Below are positions 18,238 to 26,944 of a DNA stretch of 64,000 bases, piece by piece. The stretch's first letter is position 1. Every line of letters begins with the position of its first letter. Source of the stretch: an uncultured Chloroflexia bacterium (lineage in GTDB: Bacteria > Chloroflexota > Limnocylindria > Limnocylindrales > CSP1-4); contig CAWAMB010000004.1 in NCBI GenBank assembly GCA_963783055.1, forward strand, positions 1,763,368 through 1,827,367, in the 5' to 3' direction. A model generated the notes under the pieces. That model was not told the origin of the DNA. It searched no databases and saw only the letters and a program-made list of their open reading frames with translations. A program made the position numbers and the translations under genes.

Positions 18238-18821
18238 CCGCCGTTCGACCGCGGCCGTGGTTCGCTGGCCGGCGCGCGATCCCTCGAACCTCCGGCAGCC
18301 AAACCGACCCCCTCGCCGTCGACCGCGTCGTCGTTCCCCGCGACCCGGTCGATGAGCGTCTCGAGGACCGCTCGGACGCTGTCGCGCCGGTTTGCGTCCC
18401 GATCCCCCGACCAGACGATCCGGCGGACATCCACCCCGTCGTCGTCGGCCACGGCGACGTAGGTCAGACCGACCGGCTTGGCAGGTGTCCCGCCGTCCGG
18501 TCCGGCGATGCCCGTGACGGCGGCCGCGACGGTCGCCCCGAACCGCGCCCGAGCGCCGAGCGCCATCGCCCGTGCCACCTGGGCGCTCACCGCTCCGTGG
18601 GCGGCGAGCACGTCCGGATCGACGCCGAGCAGATCGCGCTTGGCCTCGTTCGAGTACGACACGATGCCGCCGGCGAAGTAGCCGCTCGAGCCGGGTCGAT
18701 CGGTGATGGCCGCCGCGACGAGGCCGCCCGTGCACGACTCGGCAAGCGCCACCGTCGCGCCGGCCGCCAGACTGGCCGCCTGGAGGCGGTCGGCGAGCTC
18801 GTCGAGCGGATCGCCGCCCAT
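18234..18821 (-). CDS. CinA-family protein, C-terminal (PncC, nicotinamide-nucleotide amidohydrolase) domain only
   Basis: 195 aa from the ATG at 18821. It has LAESCTGGLVAAAITDRPGSSGYFAGGIVSYSNEAK and VTGIAGPDGGTPAKPVGLTYVA. Confidence 0.8.
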   Translation of the reverse strand: MGGDPLDELADRLQAASLAAGATVALAESCTGGLVAAAITDRPGSSGYFAGGIVSYSNEAKRDLLGVDPDVLAAHGAVSAQVARAMALGARARFGATVAAAVTGIAGPDGGTPAKPVGLTYVAVADDDGVDVRRIVWSGDRDANRRDSVRAVLETLIDRVAGNDDAVDGEGVGLAAGGSRDRAPASEPRPRSNGG

Positions 18822-18823
18822 CG

Positions 18824-20302
18824 TCAGGAGCGCTGGGTCAGGGCCGGGGCGGCGGGTGGCTTGAAGAGCCACGTCTCGGGGATCCCGCGTCTGCCGAGCG
18901 CCCCGAGAGACTGGCCGTTGAGCGTGAACAATGTCGCTCCCGACGAGCCCGTCCGGACCTCGACCGAGGTCGTGCCGGTGAACGTCAGGACCTAGCCGTC
19001 GCGATAGGTCTTGCCGCCCCGCCCGACGGTCTCGTCGATCGTGCCGTCGACCCAGACCTTGATCCAGGCTGCCCCGCCCTTGATCGTCACGACCAGGTTG
19101 ACGCCCTTGTAGGCGACGGACACGTGCCGCGTCTGGGTCTGCGTTGCGGACGTGGCCGCGTTCGAGGCGGTGATCGTGAGCGTCCAGCGCCCGGTCGTGA
19201 GCTGGAGCGGGTTCGAATCGGTGTCCCAGGCGCCGTCGCTGCCGACGGCCACGGTGATGGGCGCCGGCGCGGCCGGACCCGACGGGGCGCCGGAGGGGCG
19301 GGCACTGGGAGCGGGAGCGCCGCCGACGGGACCGTCGTAGGTCGCCGCGATCTTGACGGCCGTGGCGTTGACGGCGGTGCCCTGGATCGGAATCGCGCCG
19401 TTCTCGAAGGTCGTGCCCTCGGCGGGCTGGTCCACGGTCAGCTTGGGCGCTTGGTTCTCGATGACCGGGACCGTGATGACGACCATCGCCGACGACTCGG
19501 ACGGCTTGCCGGTCTCGGGGTCGGTCGCGTCGAACTTGAACTCGTTGGGCCCGCGGCGAAGGTCGACCGTCATGCTCCAGTGACCCGTCGAGTCGGCTGA
19601 CGCCGTACGGGTCCCGCCGGCCATCTCGACGCTGATGACGGCGCCCGGGATCGACGTGCCCTCGAACGTCCATGAGGTGGCGTCCTGGTCGAGCTCGATC
19701 GTGGCTTCGCGCGGCGACGTGATCTCGAGCGTCGGTGGCTTGGCGTAGCGCATGACCTGGAGGCCGAGCCACACCCCGACGCTCACGATCAGGATCGTCA
19801 GGAGGGCCGCGACCACGATCCCGGGCGAGAACTGGAGCCCGGGCCTGGGCTGGGCGATCGGCCGCGGGACGGTCAGGACCGTCCGGGTCGGGGTGTTGTC
19901 GCCGCGCTCCCGCCGCCACTGCCCCACGACCTCCTCGGGGTCGAGCCCCAGGTAGAGCGCGTAGTTGCGCAGGAATCCCTTGGTGTAGACGTCGCCCGGC
20001 AGCTCGCGATACTCGCCGCGCTCGAGGGCAGCGAGGTAGCGGGCCCGGATCTTCGTATCGCGCTCCGCCCGGTACAGGTCGACGCCTTTTCGCTCGCGGG
20101 CGGCATAGAGCCGTTCCGGAAGGGGCGCCGGCCGGCTCGCGGAGGCGGATCGCTCGCCGTCGGAGCCCGGGCCCGCATCGCGGTCGGGGTCCGTCAGGCG
20201 GTCCAGGCCGGATGGACGCGGATCCGGGCGCGGCGGAACGAGGCGCAGGCCTTCGGCCCGCGGCTCGGCTGCCGTCCGTCGCGCGTCATCCCTCGTCGTC
20301 AT
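18824..20302 (-). CDS. rodZ: RodZ-like morphogenesis protein (HTH, TM helix, C-terminal DUF4115) interrupted by an in-frame TAG at 18992-18994
   Basis: It has the N-terminal RodZ HTH region (ERKGVDLYRAERDTKIRARYLAALERGEYRELPGDVYTKGFLRNYALYLGLD) and a TM helix. After the TAG the same frame continues for 56 codons (VLTFTGTTSVEVRTGSSGATLFTLNGQSLGALGRRGIPETWLF...) to TGA 18824-18826, 2 nt before the cinA ATG. Confidence 0.7.
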
Positions 20303-20412
20303 CGAATCCTGTCCTCAGTCGTCCGCGCCCGGGCGCGCGCCGGCGACCCACCTCGGCCAAGAGGATACCCCGTCATCGGTGACGGTCCAGACGGCGCGGA
20401 TGGGACGATCGT

Positions 20413-22782
20413 TCATTCGTCCGAGCCATCTCCATCGTCGATCGTGCGGAGCCAGTTGTCCGGACCGTAGATCTGGCGCGGCGAGGCCGGGTTGCGCGGA
20501 TCCTGGGGACCGATGATCCCGTAGCGCTCGAGCTCGTCCATCACCCGGCTCGCCCGGGCGAACCCGAGCTTGAGCTTGGTCTGGAGCATCGATGTGCTCG
20601 CCCGCTGCGAGGTCGCCACGAGCTCAGCCGCGGGAACGGTCATCTCGTCGACACCGTACTTGCGCAGCCAGCCGAACTGGCCGCCGTCGCCGCCACCGCC
20701 GTCCTCGGCATCGGTGAACGCCAGGATGTCCTCGTCGTAGAAGGTCCGGCCGCCGGTCTGGCCGAGCCAGTGCTTCGTGATCTCGCCGACCTCGCGGTCG
20801 CCGACGAAGACGCCCTGCATCCGGACCGGCCGCGGCAGGTCGACCGGCTGGTAGAGCATGTCGCCACGCCCGATCAGGTCCTCGGCGCCGGGCGAGTCGA
20901 GGACCGTCCGCGAGTCGATCATCGAAGCCATCGCGAACGCGATCCGCGACGGCACGTTGGCCTTGATCAGGCCGGTGACGACGTTGACCGACGGACGCTG
21001 GGTCGCGAGGACCAGGTGGATCCCGACGGCGCGCGCCTTCTGGGCGATCTTGACGATCGGGTCCTCGACCTTGCGGCCCTCGCGCATGATCAGGTCGGCC
21101 AGCTCGTCGATGATCAGGACGATGTACGGCATCCGCTCCTCGTCGCCGTCCTCGGCCAGGATCTCGGGCCGGGCGTTGAACGACGCGATGTTGCGGACGC
21201 TGTGGGCAGCCAGGATCTTGTAGCGGTCCTCCATCTCGCGAACCGCCCAGTTCAGGACCGCCTTGGCCTCGTTCGGCTCGACGATCACGTGCTGGAGGAG
21301 ATGGGGCAGCCCGTCGTACGGCGCGAGCTCGACCCGCTTGAGGTCGACCAGGATCATCCGGACGTCGTCGGGCCGGGCGCGCATCAGGATGCTCGTGATC
21401 AGGGCGTTGATGCAGACGCTCTTGCCCGAGCCCGTGGCGCCGGCGACGAGGAGGTGGGGCATCTTGGCGAGATCGACCGCGTAGGCCGTGCCCGATACGT
21501 CGCGCCCCAGGGCGAACGTCAGCGGGCTCGTCGCGTCGAGCATCTTGCTCTCCTCGACCAGCGGCCGGAACCCGACGATCTCGCTGACCGCGTTCGGGAT
21601 CTCGATCCCGACGACGTCCTTGCCCGGGATCGGCGCCTCGATCCGGATCGAGCGGGCGCTGAGCGCCATCGCCAGGTCGTCGGCCACGGCCTCGATCCGG
21701 GCCACCTTGACGTGATGCTGCGGCTTGACCTCGTACTGCGTCACGACCGGCCCGGAGTTGACCGCCACCACCTCGGCCGGGATCGCGAAGCTCAACAGCT
21801 TCTCCTCGATCCGTCGCTTGTTCGGGCCATGGTCGAAGCCGGCCCCGATCACCGCCACCGGACGGGCGTCGAGGAGCTCGACCGGGGGCAGCGTCCAGTC
21901 GATCGCCTGGAGCGACTCGAGGGCGGTCGCGGCGACCGCGGTGGCCGTTCCCGCCGCGCCGTCCTGCCCGATCCCGCGCACCCGGCGGCTGGCGACACCG
22001 TCGCCGATCCCGGTCCAGACGGTCTGGCTCATCGGCGGCGGACCGCCCCCGACGGCCGGCTGGTCGAGGATGCTGACCCGGGCGGCGTCCGTGCCAGCCG
22101 TGGCGATCGGCTCCAGCTTCGAGGGTGCGACCGGCTTGGCCGCGGTTGCGCGCGTCGGCACTTCCTCCTCGCGGTGGAAGGATGCTGCCGCCGTGGCCCG
22201 CACCCAGTGGCTGAACGCGCCCAGCGACCGGAAGACGGGCCGGAGCAGCTCCTTGAACTGGAGGTTGAACGCGATCATCAGCCCGACCGCGAAGATCGCG
22301 GCGCACACGACGAACGCGCCCGGCCTCGTCAGCAGCGGCTCGAGCAGGCCGGCCAGGAACCGCCCGATCCGGCCGCCGCCGCGATCGGCGTCGAGGATCG
22401 TCAGGTGGAGGACCTCGAAGGCCCCGAGGAACCCGACATACGCGACCGCGACGCCGGCAATGGTCGAGCCCCAGCCGGAGTTGGGGCGCTTGCCCGGCCC
22501 GACCTCGAGATAGGCACCGGCGCCGAGCAGGAGGAACGGCAGGAGCCAGCGGCCGGTCTCGAACCACGGGGCGATCGAGTCGCGCCAGATGTCCGTGAGC
22601 CGGCCCTCCCCGGGCAGCGCAAGGGCAATCAGCGTCACGGCGCCGAGGACCAGGAAGATGATGCCCAGGATCGAGCGGGCGACCTCCGGCCCGACCGACG
22701 GCAGGGGGATCGTCGGCAGGTTGGTGCTGGATCGGCGGCGCGGACTCGGCCGGCGCGTCGGCGTGCGGCGCTTCGTCGCCAC
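20413..22782 (-). CDS. ftsK: DNA translocase FtsK/SpoIIIE
   Basis: 789 aa from the GTG at 22782, 2 nt after the rnj stop. It has N-terminal TM helices, Walker A VAGATGSGKSV, IIDELADL, QRPSVNV and a C-terminal gamma winged-helix (MLQTKLKLGFARASRVMDELE). Confidence 0.9.
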   Translation of the reverse strand: MATKRRTPTRRPSPRRRSSTNLPTIPLPSVGPEVARSILGIIFLVLGAVTLIALALPGEGRLTDIWRDSIAPWFETGRWLLPFLLLGAGAYLEVGPGKRPNSGWGSTIAGVAVAYVGFLGAFEVLHLTILDADRGGGRIGRFLAGLLEPLLTRPGAFVVCAAIFAVGLMIAFNLQFKELLRPVFRSLGAFSHWVRATAAASFHREEEVPTRATAAKPVAPSKLEPIATAGTDAARVSILDQPAVGGGPPPMSQTVWTGIGDGVASRRVRGIGQDGAAGTATAVAATALESLQAIDWTLPPVELLDARPVAVIGAGFDHGPNKRRIEEKLLSFAIPAEVVAVNSGPVVTQYEVKPQHHVKVARIEAVADDLAMALSARSIRIEAPIPGKDVVGIEIPNAVSEIVGFRPLVEESKMLDATSPLTFALGRDVSGTAYAVDLAKMPHLLVAGATGSGKSVCINALITSILMRARPDDVRMILVDLKRVELAPYDGLPHLLQHVIVEPNEAKAVLNWAVREMEDRYKILAAHSVRNIASFNARPEILAEDGDEERMPYIVLIIDELADLIMREGRKVEDPIVKIAQKARAVGIHLVLATQRPSVNVVTGLIKANVPSRIAFAMASMIDSRTVLDSPGAEDLIGRGDMLYQPVDLPRPVRMQGVFVGDREVGEITKHWLGQTGGRTFYDEDILAFTDAEDGGGGDGGQFGWLRKYGVDEMTVPAAELVATSQRASTSMLQTKLKLGFARASRVMDELERYGIIGPQDPRNPASPRQIYGPDNWLRTIDDGDGSDE

Positions 22783-22784
22783 CC

Positions 22785-24452
22785 TCAGACCTCGACCACG
22801 ACCGGGAAGACCATCGGGCGGCGTTTCGTCTGCTCGTACAGGAAGCGCGACACGCCGTCCTTGATCTGGGTCTTGAGGAGCGCGATCTCGCTGATGTGAT
22901 CGCCCGGGTTCTTGATCGAGGTCAGGATCCGCTCGATCGCCTCGGCCATCATCGGATCCTGCTCGTTCTGGTGGACGAAGCCGCGGGTGATGATCTCCGG
23001 CCGGCCGACCACGTTGCCGGTCTGCTTGTCGATCGTCACGACGACCATGAACATCCCGTCGTTCGCGAGCGACTTGCGGTCGCGCAGGACGACGTCGCCG
23101 ACCTCGCCGACCGACAGCCCGTCGACGTAGACGTAGCCGGCCGGGACCGGCTGGCCGCGATGGGCGACCCCGTCCGTGTCGATCTCGATCGGCTGGCCGT
23201 TCTCGATGATGAACACGTTCTCGGGCGCGACGCCGGTCTCGATCGCGAGCCGGCCGTGCTGGACCTGCATCCGGAACTCGCCGTGCATCGGGATGAAGTA
23301 CTTGGGCTTGGTCAGCCCGAGCATCAGCTTCAGCTCTTCCTGGCTGGCGTGGCCGGAGACGTGGGCGCGCTTGATCGTGTGGTAGAAGACGTTCGCGCCG
23401 GCCTTGAACAGGTTGTCGATCGTCCGGCTGACGTATTCCTCGTTGCCGGGGATCGGGCTGGCGCTGACGATCACCGTGTCGCCCTGCTGGATCTCGACGA
23501 AGCGGTGATCGCGGTTGGCCATCCGGGCGAGACCGGCCATCGGCTCGCCCTGGGCGCCGGTCGTGCAGATCACGAGCTTGTCGGCCGGGATCTCGTTGAG
23601 CTTGTCCTTGGCCACGATCATCGACGGGTCGTAGGACAGGTAGCCGAGATCCGTCGCGATCCGGAAGTTCTGCTCCATCGACCGACCGATGACGGTCGTC
23701 TTGCGCCCGAACGAGGCGGCGGCATCGAGGACCTGCTGGACGCGCGCGATGTTGCTCGCGAAGGTCGCGACGATGACGCGGCCGTCGAGCGGCTCCATGA
23801 TCTCGCGGAACGCCTCGCCGACGGTCCGCTCGGACGGCGTGTAGCCCGGGTTCTCGGCGCGGGTCGAGTCGGACAGCAGGCACACGACGCCCTCGGCGCC
23901 GAGCTTGGCCAGGATCGCGAAGTCGGACAGCTTGCCGTCGACCGGCGTGTGGTCGAACTTGAAGTCGCCGGTATGGACGACGACGCCGGCCGGCGTCCGG
24001 AGGGCGATCCCCATCGCGTCCGGGATCGAATGGCCGATCCGGAAGGCGACGACCCCGAACGGCCCGATCTGGACCTCGTCGCCGGGCTCGAGAGCGAGGA
24101 TCGGGTTGTTGTGGAGCTTGTGCTCCTTGATCTTGTTGCCGAGCAGGCCACGGGCCAGCGTCGAGGCGTAGACCGGCACGCCCGGGAACTCGGGCAGGAC
24201 GTACGGCAGGGCGCCGACGTGGTCCTCGTGGGCGTGGGTGATGAGGAAGGCCTTGACCTTGGCCTTGTTCTCCTTGAGATACGTGATGTCGGGGATGACG
24301 AGGTCGATGCCGAACATCTCCTCGTCGGGGAACATCAGGCCGCAGTCGATCACGACGATGTCGTCGCCGTACTCGAACACGTACATGTTCTTGCCGATTT
24401 CGCCGACCCCGCCGAGCGGGATGATGCGAAGGGAATGGTTTGCGGTTGGCAT
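22785..24452 (-). CDS. rnj: Ribonuclease J
   Basis: 555-aa ORF with the metallo-beta-lactamase/beta-CASP motifs ITHAHEDHVGALPY and HVSGHASQEEL. It resembles RNase J over its full length. Confidence 0.9.
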   Translation of the reverse strand: MPTANHSLRIIPLGGVGEIGKNMYVFEYGDDIVVIDCGLMFPDEEMFGIDLVIPDITYLKENKAKVKAFLITHAHEDHVGALPYVLPEFPGVPVYASTLARGLLGNKIKEHKLHNNPILALEPGDEVQIGPFGVVAFRIGHSIPDAMGIALRTPAGVVVHTGDFKFDHTPVDGKLSDFAILAKLGAEGVVCLLSDSTRAENPGYTPSERTVGEAFREIMEPLDGRVIVATFASNIARVQQVLDAAASFGRKTTVIGRSMEQNFRIATDLGYLSYDPSMIVAKDKLNEIPADKLVICTTGAQGEPMAGLARMANRDHRFVEIQQGDTVIVSASPIPGNEEYVSRTIDNLFKAGANVFYHTIKRAHVSGHASQEELKLMLGLTKPKYFIPMHGEFRMQVQHGRLAIETGVAPENVFIIENGQPIEIDTDGVAHRGQPVPAGYVYVDGLSVGEVGDVVLRDRKSLANDGMFMVVVTIDKQTGNVVGRPEIITRGFVHQNEQDPMMAEAIERILTSIKNPGDHISEIALLKTQIKDGVSRFLYEQTKRRPMVFPVVVEV

Positions 24453-24484
24453 GGGTGGATGGTGGTCCTTCGTGTGGGATGGAT

Positions 24485-25258
24485 CTAGAAGATCGTGATG
24501 TCGGGCGCCGGCTCCGGTGCGGGAGCGAACGCGAGAGCTGGTTCGAGGGCGCGCGGGTCGTCGGCGACCGGCTGGGATTCGGCGGAGGTGGTGGTGGCGC
24601 GTTCGGTGCTGCCCGCCGCGGCAGGAGCGGCCGACGCGGCGGCGGCCGACGCGGCGGCGGCGTCCCGGCGAGCGCGCACGTCGAGCAGGACCTGTGGCAC
24701 CTTCGCCACGTCGGCGTAGCTCTGGCGCTCGACCTCGGCGCCGCGCAGTGCGGCTGCCGGGTGGTACATCGCGAAGACGGTCGCGTCGCGGGCGCCGCTC
24801 GCCGGATCGACCGGGCCGATCGTGCCGTGGGCCTGGCTGATCCGGGCGCCCGGCATGAAGCGGCCCATCGAGTGCCGGCCGAGCGTGACGATCAGGGCCG
24901 GATCGAGGATCTCGAGCTGGCGCTTGAGATACGGCGCGCAGGCCGCGACCTCATCGGGCTCCGGATCGCGGTTGTCGGGTGGCCGGCACTTGACGACGTT
25001 CGTGATGAAGACGTCCTCGCGCCGCCACTCGATCGAGCCGAGGAGCTTGACGAGCAGGTCGCCGGCCCGGCCGATGAAGGGCCGTCCGAGGCGATCCTCG
25101 TTGAACCCGGGCGCCTCGCCGACGAGGACGACCTCGGTGTCGGGGCTGCCCTCGCCCGGCACGGCGTTGGTCCGGCCCTCGGCGAGCCGGCAGCGGGTGC
25201 ACGTCCGAACCTCCGATGCGACCGCGTCGAGCGCCGCGCGGCGCTCGGCCTGGGTCAT
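24485..25258 (-). CDS. Uracil-DNA glycosylase, family 4, with an Ala-rich C-terminal tail
   Basis: 257 aa from the ATG at 25258. It has CTRCRL Fe-S cysteines, GEAPGFNEDRLGRPFIGRAGDLL and HPAAALR. An ATGA overlap joins it to the asd stop. Confidence 0.85.
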   Translation of the reverse strand: MTQAERRAALDAVASEVRTCTRCRLAEGRTNAVPGEGSPDTEVVLVGEAPGFNEDRLGRPFIGRAGDLLVKLLGSIEWRREDVFITNVVKCRPPDNRDPEPDEVAACAPYLKRQLEILDPALIVTLGRHSMGRFMPGARISQAHGTIGPVDPASGARDATVFAMYHPAAALRGAEVERQSYADVAKVPQVLLDVRARRDAAAASAAAASAAPAAAGSTERATTTSAESQPVADDPRALEPALAFAPAPEPAPDITIF

Positions 25259-26355
25259 GCCGGGGCCCCGATCGCGGTCCCCTCCACGTGGTACGGCGTC
25301 GCACCCCGGACGGCGGCCGAGCGGACCCAGTCGCGGGCGACGAGCGCCTCCGCGATCTGGACGGCGTTCGTGGCCGCTCCCTTGCGGAGGTTGTCGCTGA
25401 CGACCCAGAACGCGATCCCGCGATCGTCCGCGATCGACGGGTCCTGGCGCACGCGCCCGACGAAGATCTCGTCGCTGCCGGCGGCCTCGGTGGCCAGCGG
25501 ATATGTCGAGGTGGCCGGATCGTCGCGGACGAGGACACCGTCGACGGCGGCGAACAGCTCGCGCGCACGATCGGGCGTGATCGGGTCGCGGGTCTCGACG
25601 TGGACGGCCTCCGAGTGGGCGACGAAGACCGGCACGCGGACGGCGGTGCAGGACACGCGGAGATCGGCGAGGTGGAGGATCTTGCGGCTCTCCTCGACGA
25701 CCTTCCACTCCTCCTTCGTGTAGCCGTTGGGCAGGAACACGTCGACCTGGGGCAGCGCGTTGAACGCGATCTGGTGGGGATAGACCGATACGCTCTTCGC
25801 CTCGCCGGCGACGTGCGCCCGAATCTGGCCCTCGAGCTCGCGGATCGCCTCGCCGCCGGTGCCGGACACAGCCTGATAGGTGTCGACGACGACCCGCTCG
25901 AGACCGACGGTGTCGCGGAGGGCCATGAGGACGGGGACGAGCTGCATCGTCGAGCAGTTCGGATTGGCGATGATCCCCGGGTGGCCTTCCAGGTCGGCGG
26001 CGTTGACCTGGCTGACGACGAGCGGGATCTCCGGGTCCATCCGCCACGCGGACGAGTTGTCGATGACGGTGGCCCCGCGAGCGACCGCGAGCGGCGCGAG
26101 CTCGCGCGACGTGCCGGCGCCGGCCGAGAACAAGGCGATGTCGACCCCCTCGAATGCCTCGTCGGTGGCCGCTCGGACCTCGAGGGTCTGCCCGTCGACG
26201 GAGATCATCCGGCCGGCCGACCGCTCGGAGGCGAGCAGGCGCAGCTCGCCGACCGGGAACTCCCGTTCGAGCAGGATCTGGATCATCGTGCGCCCGACGA
26301 CGCCAGTGGCGCCGACGACCGCGACGGTGAGGGATGGGCGTGTCATGTCGGGCAT
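25255..26355 (-). CDS. asd: Aspartate-semialdehyde dehydrogenase
   Basis: It has VAVVGATGVVGRTM (the NAD(P) fold), the active-site IIANPNCSTMQL and VSDNLRKGAA. The start is ATG 26355 or 26346. Confidence 0.9.
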   Translation of the reverse strand: MPDMTRPSLTVAVVGATGVVGRTMIQILLEREFPVGELRLLASERSAGRMISVDGQTLEVRAATDEAFEGVDIALFSAGAGTSRELAPLAVARGATVIDNSSAWRMDPEIPLVVSQVNAADLEGHPGIIANPNCSTMQLVPVLMALRDTVGLERVVVDTYQAVSGTGGEAIRELEGQIRAHVAGEAKSVSVYPHQIAFNALPQVDVFLPNGYTKEEWKVVEESRKILHLADLRVSCTAVRVPVFVAHSEAVHVETRDPITPDRARELFAAVDGVLVRDDPATSTYPLATEAAGSDEIFVGRVRQDPSIADDRGIAFWVVSDNLRKGAATNAVQIAEALVARDWVRSAAVRGATPYHVEGTAIGAPA

Positions 26356-26392
26356 GGCTCCGCTGTCACTGTCGCTGGCAGGGCACGGCGGG

Positions 26393-26401
26393 AGTATAGC
26401 A
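26393..26401 (-). promoter_or_regulatory. Extended -10-like nonamer TGCTATACT 38 nt upstream of asd
   Basis: It lies in the 56-nt gap between the GNAT stop and the asd ATG, and is followed by CCCGCCG. Confidence 0.45.
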
Positions 26402-26411
26402 GCGGGTCGTC

Positions 26412-26858
26412 TCAGCCCGGCCGATGGGTCGAGCGCTCCATCCACCGCTCCGGCGCCGCCAGCGGCTCGAACCCGAAGCGCCGGTACACGTCGTGCGCGT
26501 CGCGGGTTGCCAGAACCATCCGGCGCAGACCCGCGAGACGGGGATCGCCGACAACCGCCGCCATCAGCCTGCTCCCCACCCCGCGTCCGCGCTCGTCCTC
26601 GGCGACGAAGACGTCGCAGATCCAGGCGAAGGTCGCTCCGTCGGTGATGACGCGGGTGAAGGCGATCTGCCGGCCGGCACGGTGGGCGCTGAAGCAGAGT
26701 GACCCGGCGATCGCGGCGTCCATCCGCTCGCGCGTGCGGCCCAGCGCCCAGTAGGCCCGCTCGGAGAGGGCGTGGAAGATCCAGTCATGGTCGAGATCGG
26801 CCGGATCGGTGCTGATGCGGACGGCATCATCGCCACCTGCCGCGAGGTCGTGCGTCAC
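26412..26858 (-). CDS. GNAT family N-acetyltransferase
   Basis: 148-aa ORF with VFVAEDERGRGVGSRLMAAV (the acetyl-CoA motif) and a C-terminal YRRFGFEP. Confidence 0.8.
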   Translation of the reverse strand: MTHDLAAGGDDAVRISTDPADLDHDWIFHALSERAYWALGRTRERMDAAIAGSLCFSAHRAGRQIAFTRVITDGATFAWICDVFVAEDERGRGVGSRLMAAVVGDPRLAGLRRMVLATRDAHDVYRRFGFEPLAAPERWMERSTHRPG

Positions 26859-26894
26859 GCGCGGACTCCAGGAGGATCGGACGGGGGAATCGTC

Positions 26895-26919
26895 GAGCCG
26901 CCGGCGGGGCCGGCGGCTC
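26895..26919 (-). terminator. GC-rich hairpin downstream of pnp (candidate rpsO-pnp operon terminator)
   Basis: A perfect 11-bp stem, GAGCCGCCGGC-nnn-GCCGGCGGCTC, sits 26 nt after the pnp stop. On the minus strand it is followed by gacgauucc, a weak U tract. Confidence 0.5.
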
Positions 26920-26944
26920 GCTGCGCCTGTGGCGCGATTGCGGG

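Noticed and set aside
18992-18994. The in-frame TAG in rodZ as a pyrrolysine or reassigned codon.
   Set aside because: It is a single occurrence. TAG is used as an ordinary stop elsewhere in the window (nusA, rpsO, nusB, rplS). Nothing resembling pyl genes is visible. A point change or base-call error is more economical.
24485-24760. The Ala-rich repeat region (AAAASAAAASAAPAAAGS) at the 3' end of the uracil-DNA glycosylase gene as an independent repeat element.
   Set aside because: It is in frame with the UDG ORF and is typical low-complexity tail sequence. There is no periodic nucleotide repeat beyond GCC/GCG codon reuse.
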